A stretch of DNA of 64,000 nucleotides from the IMG/VR virus record IMGVR_UViG_3300010938_000027; one strand, 5' to 3'. Source of the stretch: an uncultured virus (IMG/VR IMGVR_UViG_3300010938_000027). Lineage: Duplodnaviria > Heunggongvirae > Uroviricota > Caudoviricetes. Positions 37,721 to 47,508 of this stretch are shown in pieces. Position numbers and translations under genes: made by a program. The notes below the pieces were generated by a model. It saw nothing but the letters and a program-made list of their open reading frames with translations, was not told the DNA's origin and made no database searches. Each line of letters opens with the position of its first letter. Position 1 is the stretch's first letter.

Positions 37721-37927
37721 TTATTTTATCTTGTTTATATCTGCAGGAATAACTATGAACCCGAGTAATCCAAACAGGTATATAAGAACCTTTGCAATTT
37801 GCCCTTTTGAAGTGATTAACCCGATTATGCACACTACACGGATTACACACACCAACCCTCGCCAGGTCTGTGGTATAAACCTGTCTTCAAACCAATCATA
37901 ATCACAATCACTCTTGTAATACTTCAT
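37721..37927 (-). CDS. Small two-TM membrane protein
   Basis: AAGGAGGTG RBS, two hydrophobic segments. Confidence 0.55.
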   Translation of the reverse strand: MKYYKSDCDYDWFEDRFIPQTWRGLVCVIRVVCIIGLITSKGQIAKVLIYLFGLLGFIVIPADINKIK

Positions 37928-37939
37928 ATCACACCTCCT

Positions 37940-38152
37940 TCATTCATTTTCATATTCATACTTGATATGAAATAAAAATGTTCCCTTTGGGAATCCTTCC
38001 TCTATTGCCTCTTTCATATGTTTTTCACAATAGAACCTATACCTTGGTATTCTATGAACCTCTTGTCTGGTATAGTAGTATGCGGCATCCCCACATATAC
38101 TACATTTTGACTTGAACCTCTTAACAACTATTGTCATTCCGTCTGCTTTCAT
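37940..38152 (-). CDS. Small Zn-finger protein
   Basis: CSICG...CEKH; RBS. Confidence 0.55.
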   Translation of the reverse strand: MKADGMTIVVKRFKSKCSICGDAAYYYTRQEVHRIPRYRFYCEKHMKEAIEEGFPKGTFLFHIKYEYENE

Positions 38153-38163
38153 TGGCTTTCCTC

Positions 38164-39657
38164 CTATTTTGTCTCTATCTCATAAACACACTTGAAATAA
38201 TTCCTGACCCATCCTGGAAAAGCACCCCTGTCTGCAATGATACCGATGTAATACGAATTCGGCTTCACAAACTTCAGCCATCTCCTTTCCCTTTCACTAA
38301 TAGCATCATTATTTTCATTTGCCTCCATATCAGAAATTACCAGTGATGGACGCTTCCGTTCTCTTATTTTTTCTGCCACTTTCAAAAACCGTGTTCCTCC
38401 TTCTGGATTATATTCAATTGCGTCTTCCAATCCCTCTTCCCACACCGCAGTATTGAATAAGAATAGTTTATTGATTTTAACTCCGATGCTCAGTAATGAC
38501 TTTAAGATACTCAATGCGACATCAAACCTCAATAACTGGAACCTCTTGTAACAGAAATAACTACCCATACTACCGCTCGCATCCAGATAAATGTCCAACT
38601 TCATCTTTGACTTTCGTTCCCTTCCAAGAAATCCTGCCTCCAGAACCTTTAAACTTGCCAAATCCTCTTCCAGCAACTCTGGATTAGTTGGCTCTGGAAC
38701 TGATGACTTTACCGATACCCATTCATCAGTGAGATACTCACCATACACATTCCTGACTACCTTGTTTATTCTCTTTAAGCACTCTCTCGGTATATCAATC
38801 TTAATTATCTCTGCTTGACGGGTCATTCTTATCCCGCCGAATAACCCACCTCTCAAAGAGGCAAGGTCCTCTCTCACTATATCTTTTATGGAAGCACAAA
38901 TCCTTGAAACCTCTGCCGACATGGTTTTTGTTTTCTCACGGGTTACCTCATCCACCAACGGAATGAATGCCGTAACCTCCGAAGTAGAGGGTGCAACATT
39001 ACCACCAGTAGAAGTATCAGTATCCTGGGTCATTCCCTCGCCTTCTTCATCACTGCTTTCACTTTCTTCACTCATTCCTTCATTTTCTTCATCAAATACT
39101 TCCTCTCCTCTGTCACCTATACTTTCCTCACTACCGCTTTGCTCCTGGTTACTTTCTCCTTGTTGCGGTTGTGATTGTAATTGTAATTGTAATTCCTGTT
39201 CAAGTTTCTCCTGCTGGAACATTGGCATTGGTAAGGATTTCATCTGCTTAACAACACCCTCTTGAATTAACTTTGCTACTACCATCTGCATCGTTATCTT
39301 TGCTACAACATCTCTCCCTTCGGTTAACTGACACAATTCCCTGAACTCTGGATTCCTGATTATGATGTCATACACCCAATAGTTTGCAGGCGATATTCTT
39401 ATCTTACCAACTCTGCCTGATAGGAACCTATACACATCCCTGACGAGGTTATATGGAACATACCTTCCTTCCCTGACTTTAAAAACCTTCTCCGCACCTG
39501 ACAGGACTTCGGGGTCTTCAATCCAGCCATAAACTTTGAACTTAAATAACCACTTCAATACAGAAGCATCTATAAAGAAAGTCCCAATATCCAACCCCTG
39601 CTTCTCTATAATCTTTCTGCGTCTCTCATCATCACTATTGAACTTCACTGCTATCAC
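38164..39657 (-). CDS. VWA (MIDAS) domain protein
   Basis: IYLDASGSM, GGTRF, LVISD; acidic linker. Confidence 0.85.
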   Translation of the reverse strand: MIAVKFNSDDERRRKIIEKQGLDIGTFFIDASVLKWLFKFKVYGWIEDPEVLSGAEKVFKVREGRYVPYNLVRDVYRFLSGRVGKIRISPANYWVYDIIIRNPEFRELCQLTEGRDVVAKITMQMVVAKLIQEGVVKQMKSLPMPMFQQEKLEQELQLQLQSQPQQGESNQEQSGSEESIGDRGEEVFDEENEGMSEESESSDEEGEGMTQDTDTSTGGNVAPSTSEVTAFIPLVDEVTREKTKTMSAEVSRICASIKDIVREDLASLRGGLFGGIRMTRQAEIIKIDIPRECLKRINKVVRNVYGEYLTDEWVSVKSSVPEPTNPELLEEDLASLKVLEAGFLGRERKSKMKLDIYLDASGSMGSYFCYKRFQLLRFDVALSILKSLLSIGVKINKLFLFNTAVWEEGLEDAIEYNPEGGTRFLKVAEKIRERKRPSLVISDMEANENNDAISERERRWLKFVKPNSYYIGIIADRGAFPGWVRNYFKCVYEIETK

Positions 39658-40651
39658 CTCCCTTCGTTAGACTTATTGCCTCTGCAAGAATAGGCTGAAG
39701 TTCTTGTAATACTTCTTTTGCCACCTGCGGGTCATCCTTCGCAAGCATTCTTGCCTGTTTCGTCAATTCCACTGCCTTGCCTGCAAGCGTAGTTCTTGTC
39801 TCATCCTCCGTTGCCTGCTGATAATCTTTCACCAACTGCTCTGCCTCCTTCAACAATGGATGTTTGGTAATTAACCGCTCTGACAACTGCACTGCAACCT
39901 CTGGACTGATGCAATACTCAACCGCACATAGTATTCCTTTATTTTCACCATAAAACTTCGCAAACTCGTATGCAACTGGAAGTATCCAGGTTAAGGTTCT
40001 ATCACTAACTTTCTCATATATATCTGGGAGAAGGTTTTTAACCTTCTCCTTGATACTCCTGATGGAAGGCTCAAAGTTTATCAATTCCTCAATCACTTCT
40101 TCACCTTCCCTTAATTCCAGCAGTTGGTCTGCAAGAGGCAATCCAATCCTGGTCATTGTGACCTTCAACACGAACCTATCTATGAATGCCATATCGTCCT
40201 CGTCAAACTCCTTTCGGTTTGATGTTCCAACTAACAGTCGCCACTTACACGGAACTACCTTCTCACCATCAAAGAGTTTTCTTTCCCTTAACACAGAAAG
40301 AAACAAATTCCTGACGGCGCTGTTTGCCTTATCCACCTCGTCTAACAAGATATACTCCGCTTCTGCAATTCCTCCAACCCTGACAACTCTTCCCTTCCTG
40401 AACTCTGGAATTGAAATCCAACCCAGAACCTCCTCTGCCCTTGTATCAAAACTCAATTGCTTGAGGAAGATTTTTCCGTTCCCGTCAGGATTGCCGTCTT
40501 CCAGGATTCTGGAAGAAGCATAGTCCAGGAATAACTGGGTCTTACCTGTCCCTACCTCCCCCACCAGCAGGATAGGAACCCTCAATCGCTCTGCCACACA
40601 TAGAGCAGTAAATTCCCTTCCTCTGCCTATTAACTGGGTTTGTATCTTCAT
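39635..40651 (-). CDS. MoxR/RavA-type AAA+ ATPase
   Basis: GEVGTGKT, LLDEVDKA, GTSN, FIDRF. Confidence 0.88.
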   Translation of the reverse strand: MKIQTQLIGRGREFTALCVAERLRVPILLVGEVGTGKTQLFLDYASSRILEDGNPDGNGKIFLKQLSFDTRAEEVLGWISIPEFRKGRVVRVGGIAEAEYILLDEVDKANSAVRNLFLSVLRERKLFDGEKVVPCKWRLLVGTSNRKEFDEDDMAFIDRFVLKVTMTRIGLPLADQLLELREGEEVIEELINFEPSIRSIKEKVKNLLPDIYEKVSDRTLTWILPVAYEFAKFYGENKGILCAVEYCISPEVAVQLSERLITKHPLLKEAEQLVKDYQQATEDETRTTLAGKAVELTKQARMLAKDDPQVAKEVLQELQPILAEAISLTKGGDSSEVQ

Positions 40652-40686
40652 ACTTCACCTCCTTCCTTCACTTTTTTTGCTATTTT

Positions 40687-40720
40687 TATATTTATAAGAA
40701 ATCCAAAATTAACTTCAAAC
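40687..40720 (-). promoter_or_regulatory. Phage-specific promoter-like motif heading the minus-strand operon
   Basis: GTTTGAAGTTA-N9-TTCTTATAAATA. Confidence 0.6.
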
Positions 40721-40721
40721 A

Positions 40722-41909
40722 GTTGCAAATTTTATGGATATTTATTCCCCACAAAATTTGCTTGCACAGGCAGAGGGACTATAGGCGCCTCTGGAACCGT
40801 CATGGATAGAAACCTTCGCAGGATATTAACTGCTCCTACATAGTCCGCATCAGCCGTGAATCCACAACCAATGCACTTGAAGATTTCTCCGCGACGATTC
40901 AACTTGTCCACAATTCCACATTGTGGACAAGTCCTGCTTGTGTTATATGCGGGAACTATGTGATACTGGACGCCAGCTACCTCACATAGTTCCTTTATTC
41001 TTTTCAAAGTATAACCATATAACCAGTGATTGAACTTCCTATTGACATTCCTTGACCAGATACCTTTCTTATTTTTCTTCAGATTCTTCAAAGCCTCTAA
41101 CACAGGACTGAATGAGCCATCTATGAACTGCTTTAACCACCTGTTAATCTCGGTCTTTAGGTAATGTTTAAGTTGTTTCCAATTTTTACTGCCTTGTTCT
41201 TTCCTATCTATATGCTCTATGATTTCCCTCATCTCCTTGCCTATAACTCCTCCATCCGAAGTCGTTATCAACTTCCGATAACCTATATCAAGCCCTTTCG
41301 GAGACTTGTTTTCTAATTCAACCTCCTTCTCAAATATAAACTTTACATACCATTCGCCATCCTGCTTCAACAACTCTACTGATTTACACAATTTCCAACC
41401 CTGATAATTCTTTGCATATTCATAGCTCCTGACGGGAAAATAAATCCATTCCTGTTCATAGGGATTTCTCACTGCTAACCAATAATCAAAGGAATTATTA
41501 CCCTTTTCAATCCTTACAAAACGCCTATCCAACCGCATTGAAATCTTTTTAATTGAAGGTTTACTGACTTCCTTATGTTTCCTTAATCGCCTGAAACAGG
41601 GTTTTAATATTGCCTGTGCCTGCACCAATGCACAACCCATATACCTCCGTGAAAGACTAATATCTAAATTCATACTCTTAACATCCTCGTATTTTGGCAA
41701 TTGCTTTTCATTCCAACCAACATCAATAAAATATCCAAGAACTTTTTTATAATCTTCCCACAACTTGTCAAGAAAAGTCTTTTTGGATTTGTTTGCCTCC
41801 TTCAAACTGAATTTTAAACTCCGCTCTATGGTTTGCTTCATAATTATATTTTAATATCTTTCAATCCTTAAATCAATGTTTGTCAATAGTTCCATTTAAC
41901 TTTTGACAA
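40722..41909 (-). mobile_element. IS200/IS605-family (IS1341-like) solo TnpB element; ends approximate
   Basis: tnpB with no tnpA; hairpins at 40725-40761 and 41880-41909; more AT-rich than flanks. Confidence 0.65.
40732..41841 (-). CDS. tnpB: RNA-guided endonuclease TnpB
   Basis: RuvC GLDIG / VLE / DAD intact, TSRTCPQCG...CIGCG Zn finger, GAVNI. Confidence 0.92.
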   Translation of the reverse strand: MKQTIERSLKFSLKEANKSKKTFLDKLWEDYKKVLGYFIDVGWNEKQLPKYEDVKSMNLDISLSRRYMGCALVQAQAILKPCFRRLRKHKEVSKPSIKKISMRLDRRFVRIEKGNNSFDYWLAVRNPYEQEWIYFPVRSYEYAKNYQGWKLCKSVELLKQDGEWYVKFIFEKEVELENKSPKGLDIGYRKLITTSDGGVIGKEMREIIEHIDRKEQGSKNWKQLKHYLKTEINRWLKQFIDGSFSPVLEALKNLKKNKKGIWSRNVNRKFNHWLYGYTLKRIKELCEVAGVQYHIVPAYNTSRTCPQCGIVDKLNRRGEIFKCIGCGFTADADYVGAVNILRRFLSMTVPEAPIVPLPVQANFVGNKYP

Positions 41910-42630
41910 TACTCTACTCTACACAGGAGGCTGTGGAAAAGTTGTGGAAAACCCTGTGGAAAAGTGCTAAACAACCTGAAACCCCAAGAACCATCCAAAA
42001 GGGCTGGATTTTATGGTCAACTTAATTTTATTAAGCAGGAGTTTGTGCCTTATATATATCTAAAGATATATATAAGGTCGGAAAATCGCAGGTTTCTCAA
42101 TGCTGGAGGGGTCAAAACTGGCAGGAGACTTAACAGAATTAGGCAGGATGGCAAATTTTAACGATGATTTTTCGTTTTTCGCTGAAAGTATTATTTCATA
42201 ATACTAAAGTATTATTCATAATACTTTCTTAAGTAAATTAAATTAAAAAAAATTAGGTAAGAATCACTTTAGTGAGGCTCGCCTGCTGGGGTTTCTTCCA
42301 CCCAGCCCGCCTAACAAAGTTAAGCCGACCTGCCAAACTGCCTGCCGAGGTTTCCCCCGTCAAAGTTTGACCGCCAAAGTTTAACCGAGTTTAACCCTGT
42401 CAGTGATAGTCAAAAAACATAGGCAGATTTCAAACGGAAATAGGGGTATTTTTGATTTTCTCAGAGGTGGTAAAGGGGAGGTAGGGGGTCAGAGTAGAAA
42501 ATTGAAAATAAAGGCATTTTTGAATGAATTTCAGGAGTTCTGGGTGAAATGACCCACCTGTCAGGTTAGGTGGAGGGAGTAAGGCACAGTCAACTACTTG
42601 ACCAATGATTTCAAGTGGGTTAGAGTTTTC
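41910..42630. other. Putative replication origin region
   Basis: Non-coding, at the divergence point, upstream of helicase; DnaA boxes, palindromes at 42048-42077 and 42184-42228, AT-rich stretch, CAAAGTT repeats. Confidence 0.6.
41932..41963 (-). promoter_or_regulatory. Three tandem DnaA boxes
   Basis: TGTGGAAAA at 41932, 41943 and 41955 (reverse complement TTTTCCACA fits TTWTNCACA). Confidence 0.75.
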
Positions 42631-42634
42631 TGGT

Positions 42635-42693
42635 GTTCAGAGTTAATTCAGGTTTTCTTATATAAATAGTGGACTACTACTTTTTTAAGGAGG
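42635..42693 (+). promoter_or_regulatory. Phage-specific promoter plus leader (copy A)
   Basis: 44 bp identical to 46849-46892: AGGTTTTCTTATATAAATAGTGGACTACTACTTTTTTAAGGAGG. Confidence 0.8.
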
Positions 42694-42703
42694 CAAATAT
42701 ACT

Positions 42704-44101
42704 GTGTTATTTCAGGTAAGCAACCTATGGGTCAATGTAATAGGCTCAAGTGAAGACGATGAGGCACGGTTGTGGAACTTGTTATCATTTGAACCGCCGA
42801 GAGCAAGGTTTACTACTGCGTATAGGACAGGCTCCTGGGATGGTAAAGTTCGGTTATTTCAACTGGGGCACAAGCGATTCCCAGCAGGGCTATGGTTCTG
42901 GCTGAAAGACAAACTAATGAGTGTATTCCCTGATATTGTGGTTCAGGATATAAGAAACAAACCTGTAAGAATTGAGAACACAACCTTTCCAGTCCAGTTG
43001 CGACAATATCAACTGGAAGCAGTTCAAAAAGTATTGCAAGATGAACGTGGTATTCTCTGGATACCGACAGGTGCAGGCAAGACCGAGATTGCCTGTGCGG
43101 TATCACAATTCATTGAAGGCAGGAAGTTGTTTTTAGTTCATAGAAAAGACCTATTGCATCAGACCTGGGAACGGTTCAGGAAGTATGGGCAGGATGTCGG
43201 AAGGGTTGGTGGTGGGTATAAAGAATTCAAACACGATGTAGTAGTCTCTACCATACAGACATTTTCAAAGGCAGACAAGGAGTGGTATAAAGGCTGGTCA
43301 GCAGTATTCTTTGATGAATGTCATTTAGTCCCTGCAGATGTATTTTATAAGACAGCAATGCGGATTGATGCATACTACCGTATTGGTATGTCAGGGACAC
43401 CATTGGCAAGGAGTGATGAACGGTCAATCTGCCTCATTTGTGCAACAGGACCCGTGCTTATAAGAGTGAAACCTGATGAATTGGCAAAGGAAGGGTATCT
43501 GGTATTGCCGAGGGTTATATTTCACAGAGTTCCGAATGTTCCTGGACTAAACCCGCTTGCAATAACTATGCGTAATGACTTACCAGTTGTTGTCAATGGT
43601 GTAAGTGCGTATCACAGGGAGTATGAGCATAACATCGTCAATAACATTGTCAGGAACAGGCTTGTGTGTAGATTAGCAATAGAATCAAAGAAGCCTTGCC
43701 TTATCTTTGTGAGAGAGATTGACCACGGACATAAACTACAATCAATCTTCCGTTCAGAGTTTAATCTTGAAGTTCCGTTTGTCTGGGGCAACACATTTCA
43801 GGAAGTGCGTAATAGGTTCAGACATGCAATGGCAAAAGGTAGCCTTGACATACTCATAGTGTCAGTAATTTTTGAGGAAGGTATTGACATACCAGACTTG
43901 CGAACAATCGTAGTCGCAAGTGCAGGTAAGTCAGGAATAAAAACAATTCAGAGAGTCGGTCGTGGTATGCGACCATCCGCAAACAAAGACGAAGTGGTGG
44001 TTCATGATTTCATTGATACAGGCAGGTGGACAAGCAAGCATTCAAGGGCAAGAAAGAAACTATACCTGCAGGAAGGATACAGGGTTGAAGAAGCGGATTA
44101 G
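42704..44101 (+). CDS. Superfamily 2 DNA helicase (UvsW-like)
   Basis: PTGAGKT, DECH, SGTP, QRVGRGMR. Confidence 0.92.
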   Translation: MLFQVSNLWVNVIGSSEDDEARLWNLLSFEPPRARFTTAYRTGSWDGKVRLFQLGHKRFPAGLWFWLKDKLMSVFPDIVVQDIRNKPVRIENTTFPVQLRQYQLEAVQKVLQDERGILWIPTGAGKTEIACAVSQFIEGRKLFLVHRKDLLHQTWERFRKYGQDVGRVGGGYKEFKHDVVVSTIQTFSKADKEWYKGWSAVFFDECHLVPADVFYKTAMRIDAYYRIGMSGTPLARSDERSICLICATGPVLIRVKPDELAKEGYLVLPRVIFHRVPNVPGLNPLAITMRNDLPVVVNGVSAYHREYEHNIVNNIVRNRLVCRLAIESKKPCLIFVREIDHGHKLQSIFRSEFNLEVPFVWGNTFQEVRNRFRHAMAKGSLDILIVSVIFEEGIDIPDLRTIVVASAGKSGIKTIQRVGRGMRPSANKDEVVVHDFIDTGRWTSKHSRARKKLYLQEGYRVEEAD

Positions 44102-44123
44102 AAAGATTACAAGTGCATTAAGT

Positions 44124-44630
44124 ATGCCGAGAACATCAATCTCACCAGAACACTTCTCTGTCTCTACAAAAGATGAAATACCTCGTCTTGTTGACATTGA
44201 AACAATGCCAATCCGCAGATTAAAAATGAGTGGCGAGTATTCAGTTGACTATTTCAGGTCATCAGTGAGAAGATGGAGTAAACGATTGCGCGGAACCTGG
44301 TGCAACCTGCCAAACAGGGACACAAACCGCATACAGGCATTACTAAATACTTTGAAAGAATTACAATTGAGTATTGACGGGTTTATTAAGTTTGTTATCC
44401 TGCAGACACCAAAAGACCGCAAGGTCAGGCAAAACATATTCAACCCACAAATGGTGCAATTATATGCAGAGACGATTGGATACCCTGAAGGGGTAAGAAT
44501 AGGCTCAAAAACAATACCGATAGAAACTTACCTGAACGCCTGGAAGTTTATCCTCAAGAAGCGATTAACCCCATCCACTACACAGGAAGTATTGAAAGTT
44601 GTTTACGGAGACAAAGATGAGAATGTCTGA
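44124..44630 (+). CDS. Hypothetical replication protein (start uncertain)
   Basis: ORF between the two helicases. Confidence 0.5.
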   Translation: MPRTSISPEHFSVSTKDEIPRLVDIETMPIRRLKMSGEYSVDYFRSSVRRWSKRLRGTWCNLPNRDTNRIQALLNTLKELQLSIDGFIKFVILQTPKDRKVRQNIFNPQMVQLYAETIGYPEGVRIGSKTIPIETYLNAWKFILKKRLTPSTTQEVLKVVYGDKDENV

Positions 44631-44665
44631 TAATTTTTATTATGTAAAATAGACAAGGGGCAGAT

Positions 44666-46057
44666 ATGGACTTCAATAGTGAAGTAGTGAATGTGGCGTT
44701 AGCGTTTTCAGTTATGACTGACCCATCCTTCTGTGAGCGGATAATCTTGTTGAAAGATTACTTTATTGAATATCTACCTGACGCATTGAAATGGGTATTC
44801 AGCAGGTCATTGGAGTATTTTGGAAAGTATAGGATGCCGATTGGTATTCCGATTGTAGTAGAGGAGTTGAAGAAGCACAAGCAGAGGCGGACAATAAGCA
44901 AGGTGTTATTGGAAAGTATTTTGAACCTCATAAATCAGGTGGAGGATGCAGTTGAGCATAACAGAATTCCGTCAACAGAATACACATTGGAGGAACTATT
45001 AACCTATGCGAAGACGCAGGCAATCAAGGACATTGTGATAAAGAATGCAAAGTTATTAGAGAGTGGCAATGTGGAAGTGTTTGTGGAAGAGTTGAATAAA
45101 CTTATGAACCATTTTTCAAGTGCAACCACTACAACTGGCGAGCGGTTAGAGGACATACAAAGGCGGATACAATTGCGTAAACAGGGAACAAATGTGAGAG
45201 TGCCGACAGGTATTCCTGACCTTGATGCACTAATTGGTGGGTTAGCAGATGGTGAATTAGGCATAATTTTAGGACCGAGCGGTGGTGGTAAGACTGCATT
45301 TTTGATACAGGTTTCAATTGCAGGAATGATGTTTGGGCGGAATGTAGCATACATAACACTTGAAATGTCGCCAATGCAATTACTGGAACGGATAGACGCA
45401 TACATTTCAAATGTGCCAACGAAGAAGTTAGTGAAGGATGACCAGAAAGTGAAGGACGCAGTTAGGGAATTTGTTAACAAAGTTAAGGTGCGTCTGGATG
45501 TGAAACAATTTCCATCAGGGTTGACACGGGTTGAGGATATTGACAACTATTTGAAGATTTTGAAGTCGGAAGGTATTAGTCCAGGTATGCTTGTGGTTGA
45601 CTATGGTGAGTTGNNNNNNNNNNTAAGTTATAGGGGTGAAGCGTATGAAGGACAAGGTGAAAACTTTGTAAAATTGAGGGGGTTAGCAGTGAAATGGCAG
45701 ATACCAGTTTGGGTGGCATCACAATCAAACCGACCTGCGTGGTCAAAGCGTATAATAAGACCTGATGATATTGCGGAAAGTTTCAGGAAGGTGCATGTCG
45801 CTGATGTGATAATAGGACTATGCAGGACGGAAGAGGAGAAACGAAACAAGAGGGTCAGGTTCTATGTTGGTAAGTGCAGGTTTGAGGTTGACGGGTTTGA
45901 AGTTGGACCCTATACAAGTGCATTAGAGAAAGGACGAATAATTGATTTCACAGCACTGCATAGTCCACAGCGAAGGGTTGAGGAAGGAGATGTAGGGTCA
46001 ATTGTTAATGATGAACCATTCGTTAAGGAGGAAGAGGATGAAACAGAAATTGAGTAA
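44666..46057 (+). CDS. DnaB-like replicative helicase
   Basis: GPSGGGKT, ITLEM, VVDY, ASQSNR, DIAES; small N gap. Confidence 0.9.
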   Translation: MDFNSEVVNVALAFSVMTDPSFCERIILLKDYFIEYLPDALKWVFSRSLEYFGKYRMPIGIPIVVEELKKHKQRRTISKVLLESILNLINQVEDAVEHNRIPSTEYTLEELLTYAKTQAIKDIVIKNAKLLESGNVEVFVEELNKLMNHFSSATTTTGERLEDIQRRIQLRKQGTNVRVPTGIPDLDALIGGLADGELGIILGPSGGGKTAFLIQVSIAGMMFGRNVAYITLEMSPMQLLERIDAYISNVPTKKLVKDDQKVKDAVREFVNKVKVRLDVKQFPSGLTRVEDIDNYLKILKSEGISPGMLVVDYGELXXXXSYRGEAYEGQGENFVKLRGLAVKWQIPVWVASQSNRPAWSKRIIRPDDIAESFRKVHVADVIIGLCRTEEEKRNKRVRFYVGKCRFEVDGFEVGPYTSALEKGRIIDFTALHSPQRRVEEGDVGSIVNDEPFVKEEEDETEIE

Positions 46058-46826
46058 GGCATTTTTTGAGAATACCCAGGCAATACCAACGAGCAGGGAA
46101 GATGAGGTGAGGTATTGCTGTCCATTCTGCGGTGACATTAAGTATCACCTATACTACAACCTTACCTATGGATTGTATCATTGTTTCAGGTGTAATGTAT
46201 CTGGTAGGGTTAAAGGGACAAAACACATTGAGTTCTTACCTGTGGATTCCACTTCAATTGAAATTCCTGTTTTCAAGAAAGGCTGGTCAAAGGAGGCATT
46301 AGAGTTCTTGAAAAAACGAGATATGCTTATAGCCTTGAACTATGCGAAAGAAGGGGGTAATAGTTGGGACGGGTATATCATCTTTTCAGTGTATCCAGAG
46401 GGATGGATAGGTAGAAAATTTAAACCACCTTCTATACCCAAATACAGGTTCACGAAGGGTGCAGGTGGTATATGGACTGACCTATTCATGCTTCAGACCC
46501 ATAATGATAGACCTGTGTATCTCGTTGAGGGCATATTTGATGCACTGCGGGTTATCCAATGTGGATACCCTGCAATTGCCTTGAATGGCACATCACTGGG
46601 TAAAGGTAAGGTTGAGTTATTGAAGTCCTTGTGTGAAAGGTATGACATCCAGAAACTTGTGGTGATGCTGGATGCAGATGCAAAGGTTGAATCAGATACA
46701 ATGGTAATCAAACTACTATACTCAATCCCATCAGTGAAAGTGGTAAATAAGGTTTGTTTACCAACAGGTNNNNNNNNNNAGGTGACCCCGCCGATTATTC
46801 AGTGCAGGAATTGTCAAGGTTGTTAA
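46038..46826 (+). CDS. DNA primase (Zn finger + TOPRIM); 3' end uncertain because of gap
   Basis: CPFCGD...HCFRC, LVEGIFDAL, MLDADA. Confidence 0.88.
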   Translation: MKQKLSKAFFENTQAIPTSREDEVRYCCPFCGDIKYHLYYNLTYGLYHCFRCNVSGRVKGTKHIEFLPVDSTSIEIPVFKKGWSKEALEFLKKRDMLIALNYAKEGGNSWDGYIIFSVYPEGWIGRKFKPPSIPKYRFTKGAGGIWTDLFMLQTHNDRPVYLVEGIFDALRVIQCGYPAIALNGTSLGKGKVELLKSLCERYDIQKLVVMLDADAKVESDTMVIKLLYSIPSVKVVNKVCLPTGXXXXVTPPIIQCRNCQGC

Positions 46827-46833
46827 TGAAGCA

Positions 46834-46892
46834 GTTCAAAGTTAGTGAAGGTTTTCTTATATAAATAGTGGACTACTACTTTTTTAAGGAGG
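46834..46892 (+). promoter_or_regulatory. Phage-specific promoter plus leader (copy B)
   Basis: GTTCAAAGTTA-N9-TTCTTATATAAATAGTGG...GGAGG. Confidence 0.8.
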
Positions 46893-46899
46893 TGAAACA

Positions 46900-47505
46900 A
46901 TGAGAAAGGTGCGTATGACAATAGAAGTAGAGGTGAATGAGGAGGAATTCACAAACCTCCTCAGGGTGTTTCTGGAAGGAAAAACAACACAGGTAAGGAT
47001 TGAACAGCCAGCAGAATCACCAAAACCTTATGTCCCAGTTCAATCACAGACACAGAAAGAGAAAGGAAAAGTTGAGAAAGCAGAAACCAAGAAGGAACCC
47101 GAAGTTGAAGTGGAAACTACTGCGGAAAGCGAGGAAGACTGCTTCGGAAACTATGACCCGAATGACCCCGCCTGCAAGGAATGCGGTGTAGCAAGGAAGT
47201 GTAAGAAGGAAACTGCATTGAGACAGAAAGAAAAAGAAAAAGCAGAGACTGTTGAGGAGGCAGAAGAAGCAGAAGAAGAGGAAGAAGTCGGAGAGAAGCC
47301 CGCAGGGACAAAAAAGGGGATGCCAAAGGTTAACCTCTCCGCAGTTCCAACCCTCAAAGAGGCGGTGAAGGCAATCCTTAAAGCAGGTATCACTGCAGAA
47401 GAGGATGTCATTGCAACACTTGAAGCCCAGAAGGACAACCTGCCATTTGACCTTCCTGATAACTGGAAAATCAAGGTAAAAAGGTTGATGCTTCTGTTGA
47501 CATAA
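46900..47505 (+). CDS. Hypothetical acidic protein with Cys4 motif
   Basis: CFGNYDPNDPACKECGVARKC. Confidence 0.7.
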   Translation: MRKVRMTIEVEVNEEEFTNLLRVFLEGKTTQVRIEQPAESPKPYVPVQSQTQKEKGKVEKAETKKEPEVEVETTAESEEDCFGNYDPNDPACKECGVARKCKKETALRQKEKEKAETVEEAEEAEEEEEVGEKPAGTKKGMPKVNLSAVPTLKEAVKAILKAGITAEEDVIATLEAQKDNLPFDLPDNWKIKVKRLMLLLT

Positions 47506-47508
47506 CCT

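Noticed and set aside
40732..41841. Cas12f/type V CRISPR effector or nuclease-dead TldR
   Set aside because: No adjacent array, and all three RuvC acidic residues appear present
42651..42670. Archaeal TATA-box promoters, implying an archaeal virus
   Set aside because: TTGACA/TATAAT promoters, DnaA boxes, bacterial RecA, sigma-like gene and peptidoglycan hydrolases point to a bacterial host
46770..46826. Truncated or frameshifted primase
   Set aside because: Coincides with a 10-N assembly gap, so the frame after it is unreliable
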